Below are positions 34,233-43,373 of a stretch of 43,809 bases of DNA, one piece after another. The stretch comes from Candidatus Acidiferrales bacterium (GTDB taxonomy: Bacteria; Eisenbacteria; RBG-16-71-46), in assembly GCA_035500415.1 (NCBI GenBank), contig DATJXF010000009.1, forward strand, positions 1 through 43,809. Reading direction: 5' to 3'. The notes below the pieces were generated by a model. That model did not search any database. It saw only the letters and a list, made by a program, of their open reading frames with translations, and was not told where the DNA came from. Numbering within the stretch: the stretch's first letter is position 1; the number at the start of each line of letters is the position of its first letter. Both the position numbers and the translations under genes were made by a program.

Positions 34233-35600
34233 TCACTTGCCCACGCAGAAGCGCGCAAAGATGCGCTCGAGCAGATCGTCGCTCACGCGGACGCCGAGCA
34301 GCTCTTCGAGCGCCCCGAGCGCTTCGCGCAGCTCGAGTGCGACGATCTCGCCCGGCGCGCCGTGGTCCGCCTCGCGCGCCGCGCGTTCGAGCGCCGCGCA
34401 CGCGCGGGCGAGCGTCGCCGACTGCCGCTCGCTTGCGAGCACCTCGCCCGCCTCGAACCCCGCGACGCGGGCGAGCGCCGTCGCGACGTCCGCGACGCCC
34501 TCGCCGGTGAGCGCACTCACCCCGACCGCCTCGGCGCGCTCGGCGCCGAGCCCCTCGAGCCGGGACGCAGCTCCGGCGTGCGCGCCGCGATCGCGCTGGT
34601 TGAGCGCGAGCACGACGCGCCGCCCGGCGAGCGCGGCCATCTCGTCGCGCTCGGCCGCCGACGCCGCCGTGGTGCCGTCCACGACCCAGAGCACGACGTG
34701 ACTCGCTTCCAGCGCACGCCGCGCGCGCGCAACCCCCTCGGCCTCGATCGGATCGCCCGCCACGCGCAGGCCGGCCGTATCGGAGAGCGTGAAGAGCGCA
34801 CCCTCGAGCTCGATCGTCGCGCTCACGCGGTCCCGCGTCGTGCCCGGAACCGGCGTGACGATCGCACGCTCCTCGCCCACGAGCCGGTTGAAGAGGGACG
34901 ACTTGCCCGCGTTGGGGCGGCCGACGATCGCCACCTGCACACCCTCGCGCAGCGCGCGGGCCCAGGCCGCGCCGGCGAGATGCGAGGCGAGCGCCGCGCG
35001 CTCGGCGACGATGCGCGCGATCACCCCGGCCGGCACCTCGATGCCGCCCACGTCCTCGGCGAAGTCGACGCGCGCCTCGACCTCGGCGAGGAGATCGGCC
35101 AGCGCCTCGAGCCGCGCGCGCAACTCGGCCGAGAGCTCGCCCGCGAGGCGCGAGAGCGCGGCGCGGTGCATGCGATCGCTGCGCGCGTGAATCAGCTCCG
35201 CGACCGCCTCGGCCTGCACGAGATCGAGCCGGCCGTTCAGGAAGGCGCGCAGCGTGAACTCACCCGGCTCCGCCGCGCGCGCGCCCACCGCGAGCAGCCG
35301 CTCGAGCGTGCGGCGCGCGGGCAGCGCGCCCCCGTGGCACGAGATCTCGACGACGTCCTCGCGCGTGTAGGAGGCCGGCGCGCGAAAGAGCGCGGCGACC
35401 ACCTCGTCGATCCGTGCCTCGCCTCCGAGCCAGCCGTGGTGGAGCGTGTTCCCGCCGGCCTGGCGCAACGGGGCTCGCCCGCGGAAGACCTCGTCGGCGA
35501 GCGCGATCGCGCGCGGGCCGCTCACGCGCACGACCGCGAGGCCCGCCTCCCCGGCGGGCGTCGCGATCGCGGCGATGGTGTCGTCGAGTGCGAACGGCAC
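34233..35600 (-). CDS. mnmE: tRNA modification GTPase MnmE (TrmE)
   Basis: GTG at 35600 follows [13 protein letters not shown], the G-domain ([20 protein letters not shown]) and the C-terminal CVGK are present. Confidence 0.95.
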   Translation of the reverse strand: MPFALDDTIAAIATPAGEAGLAVVRVSGPRAIALADEVFRGRAPLRQAGGNTLHHGWLGGEARIDEVVAALFRAPASYTREDVVEISCHGGALPARRTLERLLAVGARAAEPGEFTLRAFLNGRLDLVQAEAVAELIHARSDRMHRAALSRLAGELSAELRARLEALADLLAEVEARVDFAEDVGGIEVPAGVIARIVAERAALASHLAGAAWARALREGVQVAIVGRPNAGKSSLFNRLVGEERAIVTPVPGTTRDRVSATIELEGALFTLSDTAGLRVAGDPIEAEGVARARRALEASHVVLWVVDGTTAASAAERDEMAALAGRRVVLALNQRDRGAHAGAASRLEGLGAERAEAVGVSALTGEGVADVATALARVAGFEAGEVLASERQSATLARACAALERAAREADHGAPGEIVALELREALGALEELLGVRVSDDLLERIFARFCVGK

Positions 35601-35675
35601 GAGGGTCTCCGGATGAAACGAGAGCGCCGGTCCCGCGGGGCGAGACCGGCGCCGGATGGCGGATGTGGCCGGATC

Positions 35676-37124
35676 TCAGCCCGCGTCTTCCTCGCCGGTT
35701 CTTTCGGGGAAGCTGGCGGGTGCGACCGCCACGCGTTTGATCATGCCCGTGCCGAGCGCGTAGGTCCTGACGCGGGTGTCCTCGCGCAGCGTGACGTGGA
35801 TGATGCGGCGCTCCTGCGAGTTCAGGTACTCGGTCACGACCTCGGCGTTCTTCGCGAGCGCCTCGTCCGCGAGCGAACGCGCCAGCGTCTCGAGCTCGGC
35901 CTCGCGCCGCTTCCAGAAATCGTTGATCTCGAGCTGCAGGTGATAGCGCGAGCCCTCGCCGCGATTGAGGAAGCGGTTGAGCAGGTGCTGCATCGCCTGC
36001 CGCACTTCACCCTTCTGGCCCGTGAGCAACTCGTCACCCTCGGTGACCTCGGCCGTGACCTCGCTCCGGTTGCCCTCGGCGGCCACGGTCACCGTCGCCT
36101 GAAAGCCCATGCCCCTGAGCAGATCCTCGGTGAGCCGCTTGCTCGTCTCGGCGAGCTCGGCATCGCTCATCGAGGGCTCGCCGTGATGCTCCGCGTGCGA
36201 CTCCCTTTCGCGCACGCGCGCCACGGGCGCCTCTTCGCGGGCGCGAACCGGCATGGGCGCCACGGCGGGCCGCGGCGCACGGGCGCCCGCGGGCGGAATC
36301 GGCGGTGGAGCCGGCGCCATCGCCGGCAGGCGCTCGCCCGACGACGACACGGGCTCGGCGGAAACCGGCATGGGCTCGAACGCGAAATCGCCCGGCTCGT
36401 TTTCCCCGTGCTCGTGTTCGCCTTCGTGCGCGTGCGCGTGCGTATCGCCGTTCACGCGCGGCGCGCCCTCCTCGGGCAGCGCTCCGCCTTCGCCCATGCG
36501 GCGGCGTCCGCGACCGCCGCGGCGGCCGCGTCGACGGCGCCGGCGCCCGTCTTCGTCGCCCGGGTGCTCGCTCGATTCGGCGCGCCCCGCAGGCGGCGCC
36601 GCGCCGGCCATTGCCGCATCCCCCGCGGGCCGGGGCGCCGGTGAGGCCGGAGCCTGCGGCCTGGCGCCCCGCTCGTCGCGGGGCCCGGGACGGCGTTCCT
36701 CTCGCCGCTCACTGCGTCGCTCCTCGCGGCGCCCTTCGGCGCGCGCGGGCTGGGGCTGAGGCGGGCCCTGCGGCCGGCCGGCTTCGCGGCCACCTTCGCG
36801 GCCACCTTCGCGGCCACGATCCTTGCCCCCGTCGCGTCCGCCTTCACGTGGCCGCTCGCGGTCGCGCCCGCCGCGCCCGCGACGACCGTCGCGCTCCCGG
36901 CTCGAGACGCGCCGCTCGCGCGTCTCCTCGGGTTCGCGCACCGGACCGCCCGGGCGTCGCATGATGCTCACGCGGAATGGCCGCGCCCCCAGTCCCAGGA
37001 AACCGCCCTTGCCCTCCTCGACCAGCGTGATCGTCGCCTCGGAGCGCGACAACCTCAGCTCGTCCAGGCCCTTTCGGACTGCTTCCTCGTAGCTCTTGCC
37101 TTCGTACACCGAACCTTTGGCCAT
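35676..37124 (-). CDS. jag: Jag/KhpB-like RNA-binding protein (Jag_N + KH + R3H) with a very long Arg/Gly/Glu-rich linker
   Basis: The Jag_N domain (MAKGSVYEGKSYEEAVRKGLDEL...) is followed by ~270 aa of low complexity. The KH-like domain (ATVTVAAEGNRSEVTAEV...LTGQKGEVRQAMQHLLN) and R3H region (NSQERRIIHVTLRED) come last. 482 aa versus a typical ~210-260. Confidence 0.85.
   Translation of the reverse strand: MAKGSVYEGKSYEEAVRKGLDELRLSRSEATITLVEEGKGGFLGLGARPFRVSIMRRPGGPVREPEETRERRVSSRERDGRRGRGGRDRERPREGGRDGGKDRGREGGREGGREAGRPQGPPQPQPARAEGRREERRSERREERRPGPRDERGARPQAPASPAPRPAGDAAMAGAAPPAGRAESSEHPGDEDGRRRRRRGRRGGRGRRRMGEGGALPEEGAPRVNGDTHAHAHEGEHEHGENEPGDFAFEPMPVSAEPVSSSGERLPAMAPAPPPIPPAGARAPRPAVAPMPVRAREEAPVARVRERESHAEHHGEPSMSDAELAETSKRLTEDLLRGMGFQATVTVAAEGNRSEVTAEVTEGDELLTGQKGEVRQAMQHLLNRFLNRGEGSRYHLQLEINDFWKRREAELETLARSLADEALAKNAEVVTEYLNSQERRIIHVTLREDTRVRTYALGTGMIKRVAVAPASFPERTGEEDAG
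36782..36817. repeat. perfect tandem repeat, 3 x 12 nt (cttcgcggccac)
   Basis: It is in frame inside the jag linker and encodes the (GREG)n stretch GREGGREGGREAG on the minus strand. Confidence 0.9.
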
Positions 37125-37395
37125 TTTGTCCCCGTTTCTCGGTTGCCCTCGCCGATCGTGGCGCAGCCCTCGGACTTCGTGGCGCGCCGGCGCGGCAACT
37201 GCGAGCGGACCGGATCGTTGCCCCCCGTGGGCGGCGGATTCGCGCGGCGCTCGACTTCGAGCGGCCAGCGCGCGTCGCGTGCGCGACCGGATGGGCGGTT
37301 CTCGAACGACGGGTCAGCTTACTTCGGCGCGGACCCCGTCCGCCACGCCGAAGGCTCGAAACGCACGACGATCGAACGCGGGACGAGGCCCGCGA

Positions 37396-39198
37396 TCAGC
37401 GCCGGCGTCCTTTCGCGGGCGTCACCACCGCAGGCACCACCACGCCACCGTCCGAGCGCATCGCCAGCCACTGCTGCAGGCTGGTCAGCAGGTTCATGAC
37501 GGTCCAGTAGAACACCAGCCCCGACGGCAGGTTGTAGAAGAAGATCAGCATGATGAAATTCATCATGTACATCGTCGGAGCCTGGCGCGGGTCGGTAGGC
37601 GTGAAGAGCTGCGACAGGAAGCCCGTTCCTGCCATGAGCACGGGCAGGAGACGAATGGGCAACGGCCCGACCGTCAACAGCACGTCGGGCGCGGACAGAT
37701 CGTGGATCCAGCCGACGAACGGCGCCTGCCGCAGGTCGATGGCGTTGAAGATGACGGCGTAGAACGAGAACAGGAGCGGCATCTGCAGGACCATGGGCAG
37801 GCAGCCGCCGGTCGGGTTGACGCCGTTCTCCTTGTACAGCGCCATCATCGCGGTGTTCTGCGCGGCCGCGTCGTTCTTGAACTTCTCCTTGATGCGCTCC
37901 GTCTCCGGCTGCAACCGCTGCATCGCGCGCATGCTCTTCATGCTCGACATGTTGAGCGGGTGGAGCAGCAGCCGGACGAGCGTGGCCATCACGAGAATGC
38001 TGATCCCGAAGTTGCGCACGACCGCGTTGATCGAGCGCAGCAGCCAGAGCAGCACCTTGCTGATCGGAACCAGCCACGCGAAGCCGAGGTCGACCGCACG
38101 CTCCAGCTCGAGCGAGCGGCTCTGCCTGGCGAGCGCGAAGTAGTCCGACGGCCCGAAATACGTGACGAAGCGCTGCGTGCCCGCGCCGCTCGCGGGCAGC
38201 GGCATGACCAGCGTGCCCTGCGCGAGCGGCTCGACGGCCGGCGTGCCCGCCGGCCGCAGCGCGAGCTGATCGGGGCGCAGCGTGCGGGTGAACCCCTCGG
38301 CGAGCGCGGCGTGGCCGTCGCCCGAGGCCGCTGCCACGAGCCCGAGGAAGTAGTGGCTCTGGACGCCCGCCCAGTGGGCGACGCCCTCGTGCACGCGCGG
38401 CGCCTTGTTGACGAGCCCGGGCGCCGCGTCGCGATGCAGGTCCTTGCCGACGAGGCTCACCGCCCGCAGCCCGCGCAGGTCGTTCTGCAGCACGGTCTCC
38501 GTCATGAGCGGCCAGGAGCGGACGACCAGCGAGTAGTCGCTGATGCGCCATGCCGCCGGCACCGCGCGCGTCTCGAGCTCGAGGTCCATGAGGTAGGTGT
38601 CCGGCTGCGCGCGCCAGGTCTCGCGCACGAACAGCCCGCTCGTGTCCTGGAACGTGAACGTCAGCGCGCGGATCGCACCCGCGGCATCGAGGCTCTCGGC
38701 CGGCGTGAACATGGCGTCCGCGAGCGAGCGGAGCGCGACGCCGGAGCCCAGGTCGACGCCGAACGTGGGGCCGCCCGAGAGCTCGACGCGATTGGGCGCG
38801 TCGACCTCGTGACCGGGCGGCGGGCGGCGCTTGGGGTGGATCGCGTAGCCGCTGTCGCCGTACGCGGCCGCGTAGCGCTTGAGCTCGAAGGAGACGAGGC
38901 GCGCGCCGCGGCTGCTGAACGTCGCGCGGTAAAGTGGCGTTTCGACGACCGAGAGCCGCTCGGGCACGGGCGGCGCCGCGGCGCGGCCGCTGGCGACGGC
39001 CGCGCCGGACGCGGGCAGCGCCGCCGGGGCGCCGGGAGCTGCGGCCGTGAGCGACGCGCCCGGCCCGCCGATCGCGGGCGCGGCGTGCGTCGTGTCCGGC
39101 CGCACGACCGGCTTGGGCGCGAAGCGCTCGCGACCGGCCATGAAGATCACGGCCACGAGCATCATGAGCGCGAGGGCGATGGCGGTGCGGCGATCCAC
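37396..39198 (-). CDS. yidC: membrane protein insertase YidC
   Basis: GTG at 39198 lies 2 nt after the yidD stop. An N-terminal TM and a large periplasmic domain are followed by the conserved C-terminal 5-TM core (GISILVMATLVRLLLHPL, PTGGCLPMVLQMPLLFSFY). Confidence 0.95.
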   Translation of the reverse strand: MDRRTAIALALMMLVAVIFMAGRERFAPKPVVRPDTTHAAPAIGGPGASLTAAAPGAPAALPASGAAVASGRAAAPPVPERLSVVETPLYRATFSSRGARLVSFELKRYAAAYGDSGYAIHPKRRPPPGHEVDAPNRVELSGGPTFGVDLGSGVALRSLADAMFTPAESLDAAGAIRALTFTFQDTSGLFVRETWRAQPDTYLMDLELETRAVPAAWRISDYSLVVRSWPLMTETVLQNDLRGLRAVSLVGKDLHRDAAPGLVNKAPRVHEGVAHWAGVQSHYFLGLVAAASGDGHAALAEGFTRTLRPDQLALRPAGTPAVEPLAQGTLVMPLPASGAGTQRFVTYFGPSDYFALARQSRSLELERAVDLGFAWLVPISKVLLWLLRSINAVVRNFGISILVMATLVRLLLHPLNMSSMKSMRAMQRLQPETERIKEKFKNDAAAQNTAMMALYKENGVNPTGGCLPMVLQMPLLFSFYAVIFNAIDLRQAPFVGWIHDLSAPDVLLTVGPLPIRLLPVLMAGTGFLSQLFTPTDPRQAPTMYMMNFIMLIFFYNLPSGLVFYWTVMNLLTSLQQWLAMRSDGGVVVPAVVTPAKGRRR

Positions 39199-39200
39199 GG

Positions 39201-39416
39201 TCAGGCCCTCGGCACCGGGTCGTACCCCGACGTTCCGAGCGGGTGGCAGCGCGCGAACCGCGCCAGCGCGAGGCGGCCTCCGCGCAGGACGCCGTGGCGC
39301 TCGATCGCTTCGCGTGCGTACTCGGAGCAGGTCGGGTGGTGGCGGCAGCCGCCGCGATAGAGCGGCGGCATCGCGACCTGGTAGAAGCGGATGAGCGCGA
39401 GGGCGAGCGTGCGCAC
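39201..39416 (-). CDS. yidD: membrane protein insertion efficiency factor YidD
   Basis: 71 aa. LIRFYQ....CRHHPTCSEYA and RCHP motifs are present. Confidence 0.9.
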   Translation of the reverse strand: MRTLALALIRFYQVAMPPLYRGGCRHHPTCSEYAREAIERHGVLRGGRLALARFARCHPLGTSGYDPVPRA

Positions 39417-39419
39417 GGG

Positions 39420-39800
39420 TCAGCCGCCGATCGCCGGCGCGAGCGCGCCGGCGTGCGCGAGGAGGCTCTCGAGCTCGCTCGCGAGCTGCGCGTGCGTGGC
39501 CGCGAGCGCACCGCGCGAGGCGATGAACACGAGCAGGAACCCGTGGTGCGGCACGCGCGGCCAGCGCCGGCGCACGATCTCGCGGATGCGGCGGCGCGCG
39601 CGATTGCGCTGCACGGCGTTGCCGACGCCGCGCTTGCTCGCGATCCAGCCGAGGCGCGTCACGTCACCGGGGCTCGGAAGCACGAGCAGCAGGCAGCAGC
39701 GGCCGCGGAACGCCGTGCCGCCCTCGCGCACCCGCGCGAAGTCGCGCGCGGTCCGCATGCGGTGTTGCGGGGCGATGCGCTCGGCGCGCTGCGGACTCAT
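39420..39800 (-). CDS. rnpA: ribonuclease P protein component
   Basis: 126 aa, basic. It has the RNR-like motif (KRGVGNAVQRNRARRRIRE) and the canonical position between rpmH and yidD. Confidence 0.9.
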   Translation of the reverse strand: MSPQRAERIAPQHRMRTARDFARVREGGTAFRGRCCLLLVLPSPGDVTRLGWIASKRGVGNAVQRNRARRRIREIVRRRWPRVPHHGFLLVFIASRGALAATHAQLASELESLLAHAGALAPAIGG

Positions 39801-39920
39801 GGGTTTCGGACTTCGGGCGGAGCGTCATCCGGAAGCCGGACTCCGGTGGGATGGCGAGGGCGGACCTGCGCACGCGAGGGCGCCGCAACGGGGCGCGCAG
39901 CGGGGGCAGCGCTGCCGGCG

Positions 39921-40070
39921 CTACCGGGAATGGGAGGAGACGGTCAGACGCTTGCGGCCGCGTGCGCGCCGGGCGGCCAGAACCTTTCGGCCTCCCTTGG
40001 TCTTCATGCGGGCGCGGAACCCGTGCGTCTTGAACTTGTGCCGGTTGCGGGGTTGGAAGGTGCGCTTCAT
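39921..40070 (-). CDS. rpmH: 50S ribosomal protein L34
   Basis: This 49-codon ORF is below the ORF-track cutoff; I translated it by hand. The product is [49 protein letters not shown], with ATG at 40070 and TAG at 39921..39923. Confidence 0.92.
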   Translation of the reverse strand: MKRTFQPRNRHKFKTHGFRARMKTKGGRKVLAARRARGRKRLTVSSHSR

Positions 40071-40306
40071 CGTGAGGAAACCTCAGCGTCGGAAGGAGTT
40101 GGCACAAACAGCAGGGGAATCTAGGCGAGTCGCGGCCGGGCCGTCAAGTCGTGGGCCGGCGCCGGCGGGTCGTACGGGCGCCCGGTCCCGCGCGCCGGGG
40201 CCGGCGCGGGCACTCTTGGCTCATGGGGCGCATTCGCGGCGCCGATAACGCCCCGGGAGCCCCGCTCGATGAACGCTTCTCGGCGCGGCAAGAGGACTTA
40301 CGAACC

Positions 40307-42001
40307 ATGATCACGAGGCAGCCGGTACCCGGACCGCAACCGGACAACCTCTCTCCCGCCGCGCGAAACCTCGCCCCATGGTGGCGCGAGGTCGATCAGC
40401 TGCTGCGCCTGGCGCGCGCCCTTGGACCGGACGCTCCGGCGGTCGAGCAGCAGCGCGCCCGGCTCGTCGAAGCCGCCGCGAGCCTCGTCAAGTTCCACGC
40501 GCCGCTCGTGCTGCGCTGCGCGCCCGAGGGGCTCCTGCTGCGCGACGAGCTTGTCGCGCTGCGAGCGTTCGAGGACGCCCCTGCCGACGCGGCGGGAAGT
40601 GGCATCCCTGCGCTGCTCGAGCGCGAAGGGGTGCGCTCGCTGACGCTCGACTCGCGCACCTCGCAGGCCGACGTGCAGACCCTCCTGGCGGCGCTCATCC
40701 GCTCCGCCGTCGCACCGGCGCCGGATCACGACATGGTGACCGACCTCTGGAGCGCGGATCTGGACGGGCTGATCGTCGAGGTCGCCCCGCTCTACGAGCT
40801 GCTGACGACGGGAGGCGAAGCGAGCGCCGATGGGCGCCCGCCCGCGAGTTCTCAAGTTCCGGCCGACATGGTCCCGCCACGCGATCTGGCCGGCGCCGAC
40901 GAACCGACCGACGCCGCCGCGGCGTGGAGCCGCCTGGCCGCGGACGAGGACGCGGCGCGCCAGGCGTGGGAGCAGGCTCGCATCGAGGACGCCGCGCGGC
41001 AGTGGCCCGAGCGGCTCGAGCGGCTGGAGCAGTCGCTGGCGCAGCGCGCGCCGGGCCCTGCGACGGGCGAGGCACTGGTCGCGGCGCTCGCCGGCTGGCT
41101 CGTTGGCGCGATGCGCCGCGCCGACTGGATCGGTGCGACGCAGGCGATCGAAGGGTTGCGCCGCGCCGATCCGGATCGCGAGTGGAGCGGTACGCAGCTC
41201 GCGCGCTCGCTGGGCGAGCTGGACGCCGACGCGATGGCGGAGCGTCTCGATGAATCGGCGCGCGAGGACATCCAGCGCTTCTTCGCGCTCGCGGTGCGCA
41301 TCGGCCGCCCGGCGATCGACCTCGTCGTCCGCGTGATGGCGCACGCCGAGCGCCCGCGCGTTCGCGCCGCGGCGACGTCGACGCTGGGCTACCTCGGTGC
41401 CGAGGATCCGCGCGCGCTGGCGCCCTACGTCCGCGACCCGCGCTGGCAGGTGGCCCGCAACGTCGTCTTCGCGCTCGGACAGGTCGGCGGCGAGGAGGTG
41501 GGCCGCGCGCTCGCGTCGTCGCTGCTCCATTCGGATGCGCGCGTGCGCCGGGCGGCGGTCGAGTCGCTGGGACAGGTGCCCGTCCATCGCCGCACGCCGC
41601 TGCTCGTCTCGCAGCTCGACGTCGCCGACTCGAACCTGCTCGGCAGCGTGCTCGCGATGCTGCTGCGCGATCCCGCGCCCACGGTGCTGCCGGCGCTGCT
41701 CGAGCGGGTCGCACGGACCGACTTCGATGCGCGTCCCGAGGAGTCGCGCCTCGCATTGATCGGAGCGCTGGGCGAGCTCCACGACGACCGCGCCGTCCCC
41801 GCGCTTCGCGAGCGCGTGAACGCGGGCGGCTGGTTCGCCAAACGCACACCGGAGCGACGCGCGGCGGCGCGCGCGCTCGTCACGCTCGGCACGCCGGCGG
41901 CGATCGAAGTGCTGCGCGAAGGCCAGCGCTCGCGCGCCGAGGCCGTGCGCGCCGACTGCCAGGAAGCCCTGTCCCGAACCGCCAGCGAGGCCGCCGCATG
42001 A
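40307..42001 (+). CDS. HEAT-repeat domain protein (function unknown)
   Basis: ATG at 40307 follows AGGA. The C-terminal third has PBS-lyase/HEAT-like repeats (RVRAAATSTLGYLG, DPRWQVARNVVFALGQVGG, DARVRRAAVESLGQV, ESRLALIGALGEL, RRAAARALVTLG). The stop overlaps the next start (ATGA). Confidence 0.7.
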   Translation: MITRQPVPGPQPDNLSPAARNLAPWWREVDQLLRLARALGPDAPAVEQQRARLVEAAASLVKFHAPLVLRCAPEGLLLRDELVALRAFEDAPADAAGSGIPALLEREGVRSLTLDSRTSQADVQTLLAALIRSAVAPAPDHDMVTDLWSADLDGLIVEVAPLYELLTTGGEASADGRPPASSQVPADMVPPRDLAGADEPTDAAAAWSRLAADEDAARQAWEQARIEDAARQWPERLERLEQSLAQRAPGPATGEALVAALAGWLVGAMRRADWIGATQAIEGLRRADPDREWSGTQLARSLGELDADAMAERLDESAREDIQRFFALAVRIGRPAIDLVVRVMAHAERPRVRAAATSTLGYLGAEDPRALAPYVRDPRWQVARNVVFALGQVGGEEVGRALASSLLHSDARVRRAAVESLGQVPVHRRTPLLVSQLDVADSNLLGSVLAMLLRDPAPTVLPALLERVARTDFDARPEESRLALIGALGELHDDRAVPALRERVNAGGWFAKRTPERRAAARALVTLGTPAAIEVLREGQRSRAEAVRADCQEALSRTASEAAA

Positions 42002-43350
42002 GCACGCCGGCCACGCCGCAGCCCAAACGCAGCGCCGCCGGGCGCATCGACTGGCGCGAGCACGGCCTTCAGGTCGTGAGCCGGCTCACCTCGGTGCTGC
42101 GCATGGGGCGCTCGTACGCCGTGGGCAACCCCGTGTTCACCGGCCAGCTCGCCCAGCTCCTCGGCGTCATCGAACCGGCGCTCGCCGAGCTGGGCGAGGT
42201 GCGCGTCGTCGAGTGCGATGGCGAGGTGAGGTTCAACGACCTGCGCCTGCCCTTGCGTTCGACCAGCACGCGGTTCGTCGACCAGCTCATCACCGAGCTG
42301 TCGTTGCGCGACATCGGCGGCATCCGGCTCAAGCGCGGGCTGCAGGTGCCCGAACTCGAAGCCTTCATGCGTCTCTTCCTCGCGTCCGAAACCTACAAGG
42401 GCGCCGAACTCGAGCGCGCCTGCCTCGCCGCGGGCATCCGGCACGCGACGCCCATCCTCGAAGCGACCCGGGTCGTGCTGACGACGGGCGAGGGCGCGAC
42501 CCTGGCGCCGGCGCACGTCGAGGCGCTGGGCACCTGGGCGCTGGCGCAATCCGAAGCGCTCGGCGTGCTCGGCAACGCACCCGCGAGCGCATTGCGCTCG
42601 CGGCACTGCAAGCGCCTCGTGGCGTCGCTCGTCGACGGCATCCTCGCCGGCGAGCCCGTGGTGATGGCGCTTTCCGACCTCGATGCCGCCCCGCCCTCGG
42701 CGGACGAGCACGCGCTGCGCGTCGCACTCCTCGCGCTGGCCGTGGGCGCGCGGCTCGGACTGAAACGCGACGAGCTGGCGACGCTGGGCGCCGCCGCGAT
42801 CGAGCTGGCGTGGAGCGAGGGGCCGCTGTCCGAAGACGAGTCGGCGGACGATCTCGAAGCGGTCGCATCGGTCACCCGGCTGCTCCGCCGGACGCCGCTC
42901 GACAGCGTCTCGCTGCTGGCCGTGCAGTCGCTGCTCGGCAGCACGGGCGGGGCCGAGCCGCTCGCGGGCGTGCTGCAGCTGGCGCGGGCGTGGGTGACGC
43001 TGGCGAGCCTGCGCCTGGGCGATGGCATGCGCTGGACGCCGCACGAGGCGCTCGGGCTCGTGCTCGGTCCGCTCGCGTCGCGGTTCCACCCGGCGGCGCT
43101 CGCCGCACTCGTCCGCGTGCTCGGGCTCTATCCGCCCGGGCAGCTGGTCGAGCTCGACGACGGTACGGTCGCCCGGGTCATGGCGCCGGGCGAGGCCGAC
43201 CCGGCCCGGCCGCAGATCGAGCGGCTGACGGGTCCGGCGGGGGCCGGAGAGCCCGTGACGCGCGGCGAGGTGGTCGACCTGCCCGCCGAGCGCACGATCG
43301 CCCGCGCAGTGCCCTTCGTTCGCCCGGAGCCGCCCGCGAAGGTGGCGTAG
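41998..43350 (+). CDS. degenerate HD-GYP-like domain protein (metal-ligand and GYP motifs lost)
   Basis: The layout follows HD-GYP proteins: H-x2-RVA (EHALRVALLALAVGARLGL) and a C-terminal YPPGQLVELDDGTVARV block. The HD dyad position reads IE (AAAIELAWSEG), and no HHE...GYP segment is recognisable. Confidence 0.6.
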   Translation: MSTPATPQPKRSAAGRIDWREHGLQVVSRLTSVLRMGRSYAVGNPVFTGQLAQLLGVIEPALAELGEVRVVECDGEVRFNDLRLPLRSTSTRFVDQLITELSLRDIGGIRLKRGLQVPELEAFMRLFLASETYKGAELERACLAAGIRHATPILEATRVVLTTGEGATLAPAHVEALGTWALAQSEALGVLGNAPASALRSRHCKRLVASLVDGILAGEPVVMALSDLDAAPPSADEHALRVALLALAVGARLGLKRDELATLGAAAIELAWSEGPLSEDESADDLEAVASVTRLLRRTPLDSVSLLAVQSLLGSTGGAEPLAGVLQLARAWVTLASLRLGDGMRWTPHEALGLVLGPLASRFHPAALAALVRVLGLYPPGQLVELDDGTVARVMAPGEADPARPQIERLTGPAGAGEPVTRGEVVDLPAERTIARAVPFVRPEPPAKVA

Positions 43351-43373
43351 GGCGCGCCGATGCCGGCGCCGGC

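Noticed and set aside
39801-40306. oriC or DnaA boxes near rpmH, and more generally anywhere in the window.
   Set aside because: Only isolated 6-7/9 matches to TTATCCACA occur (for example CGTGGATGA near 35790), all inside genes. There is no cluster and no AT-rich DUE.
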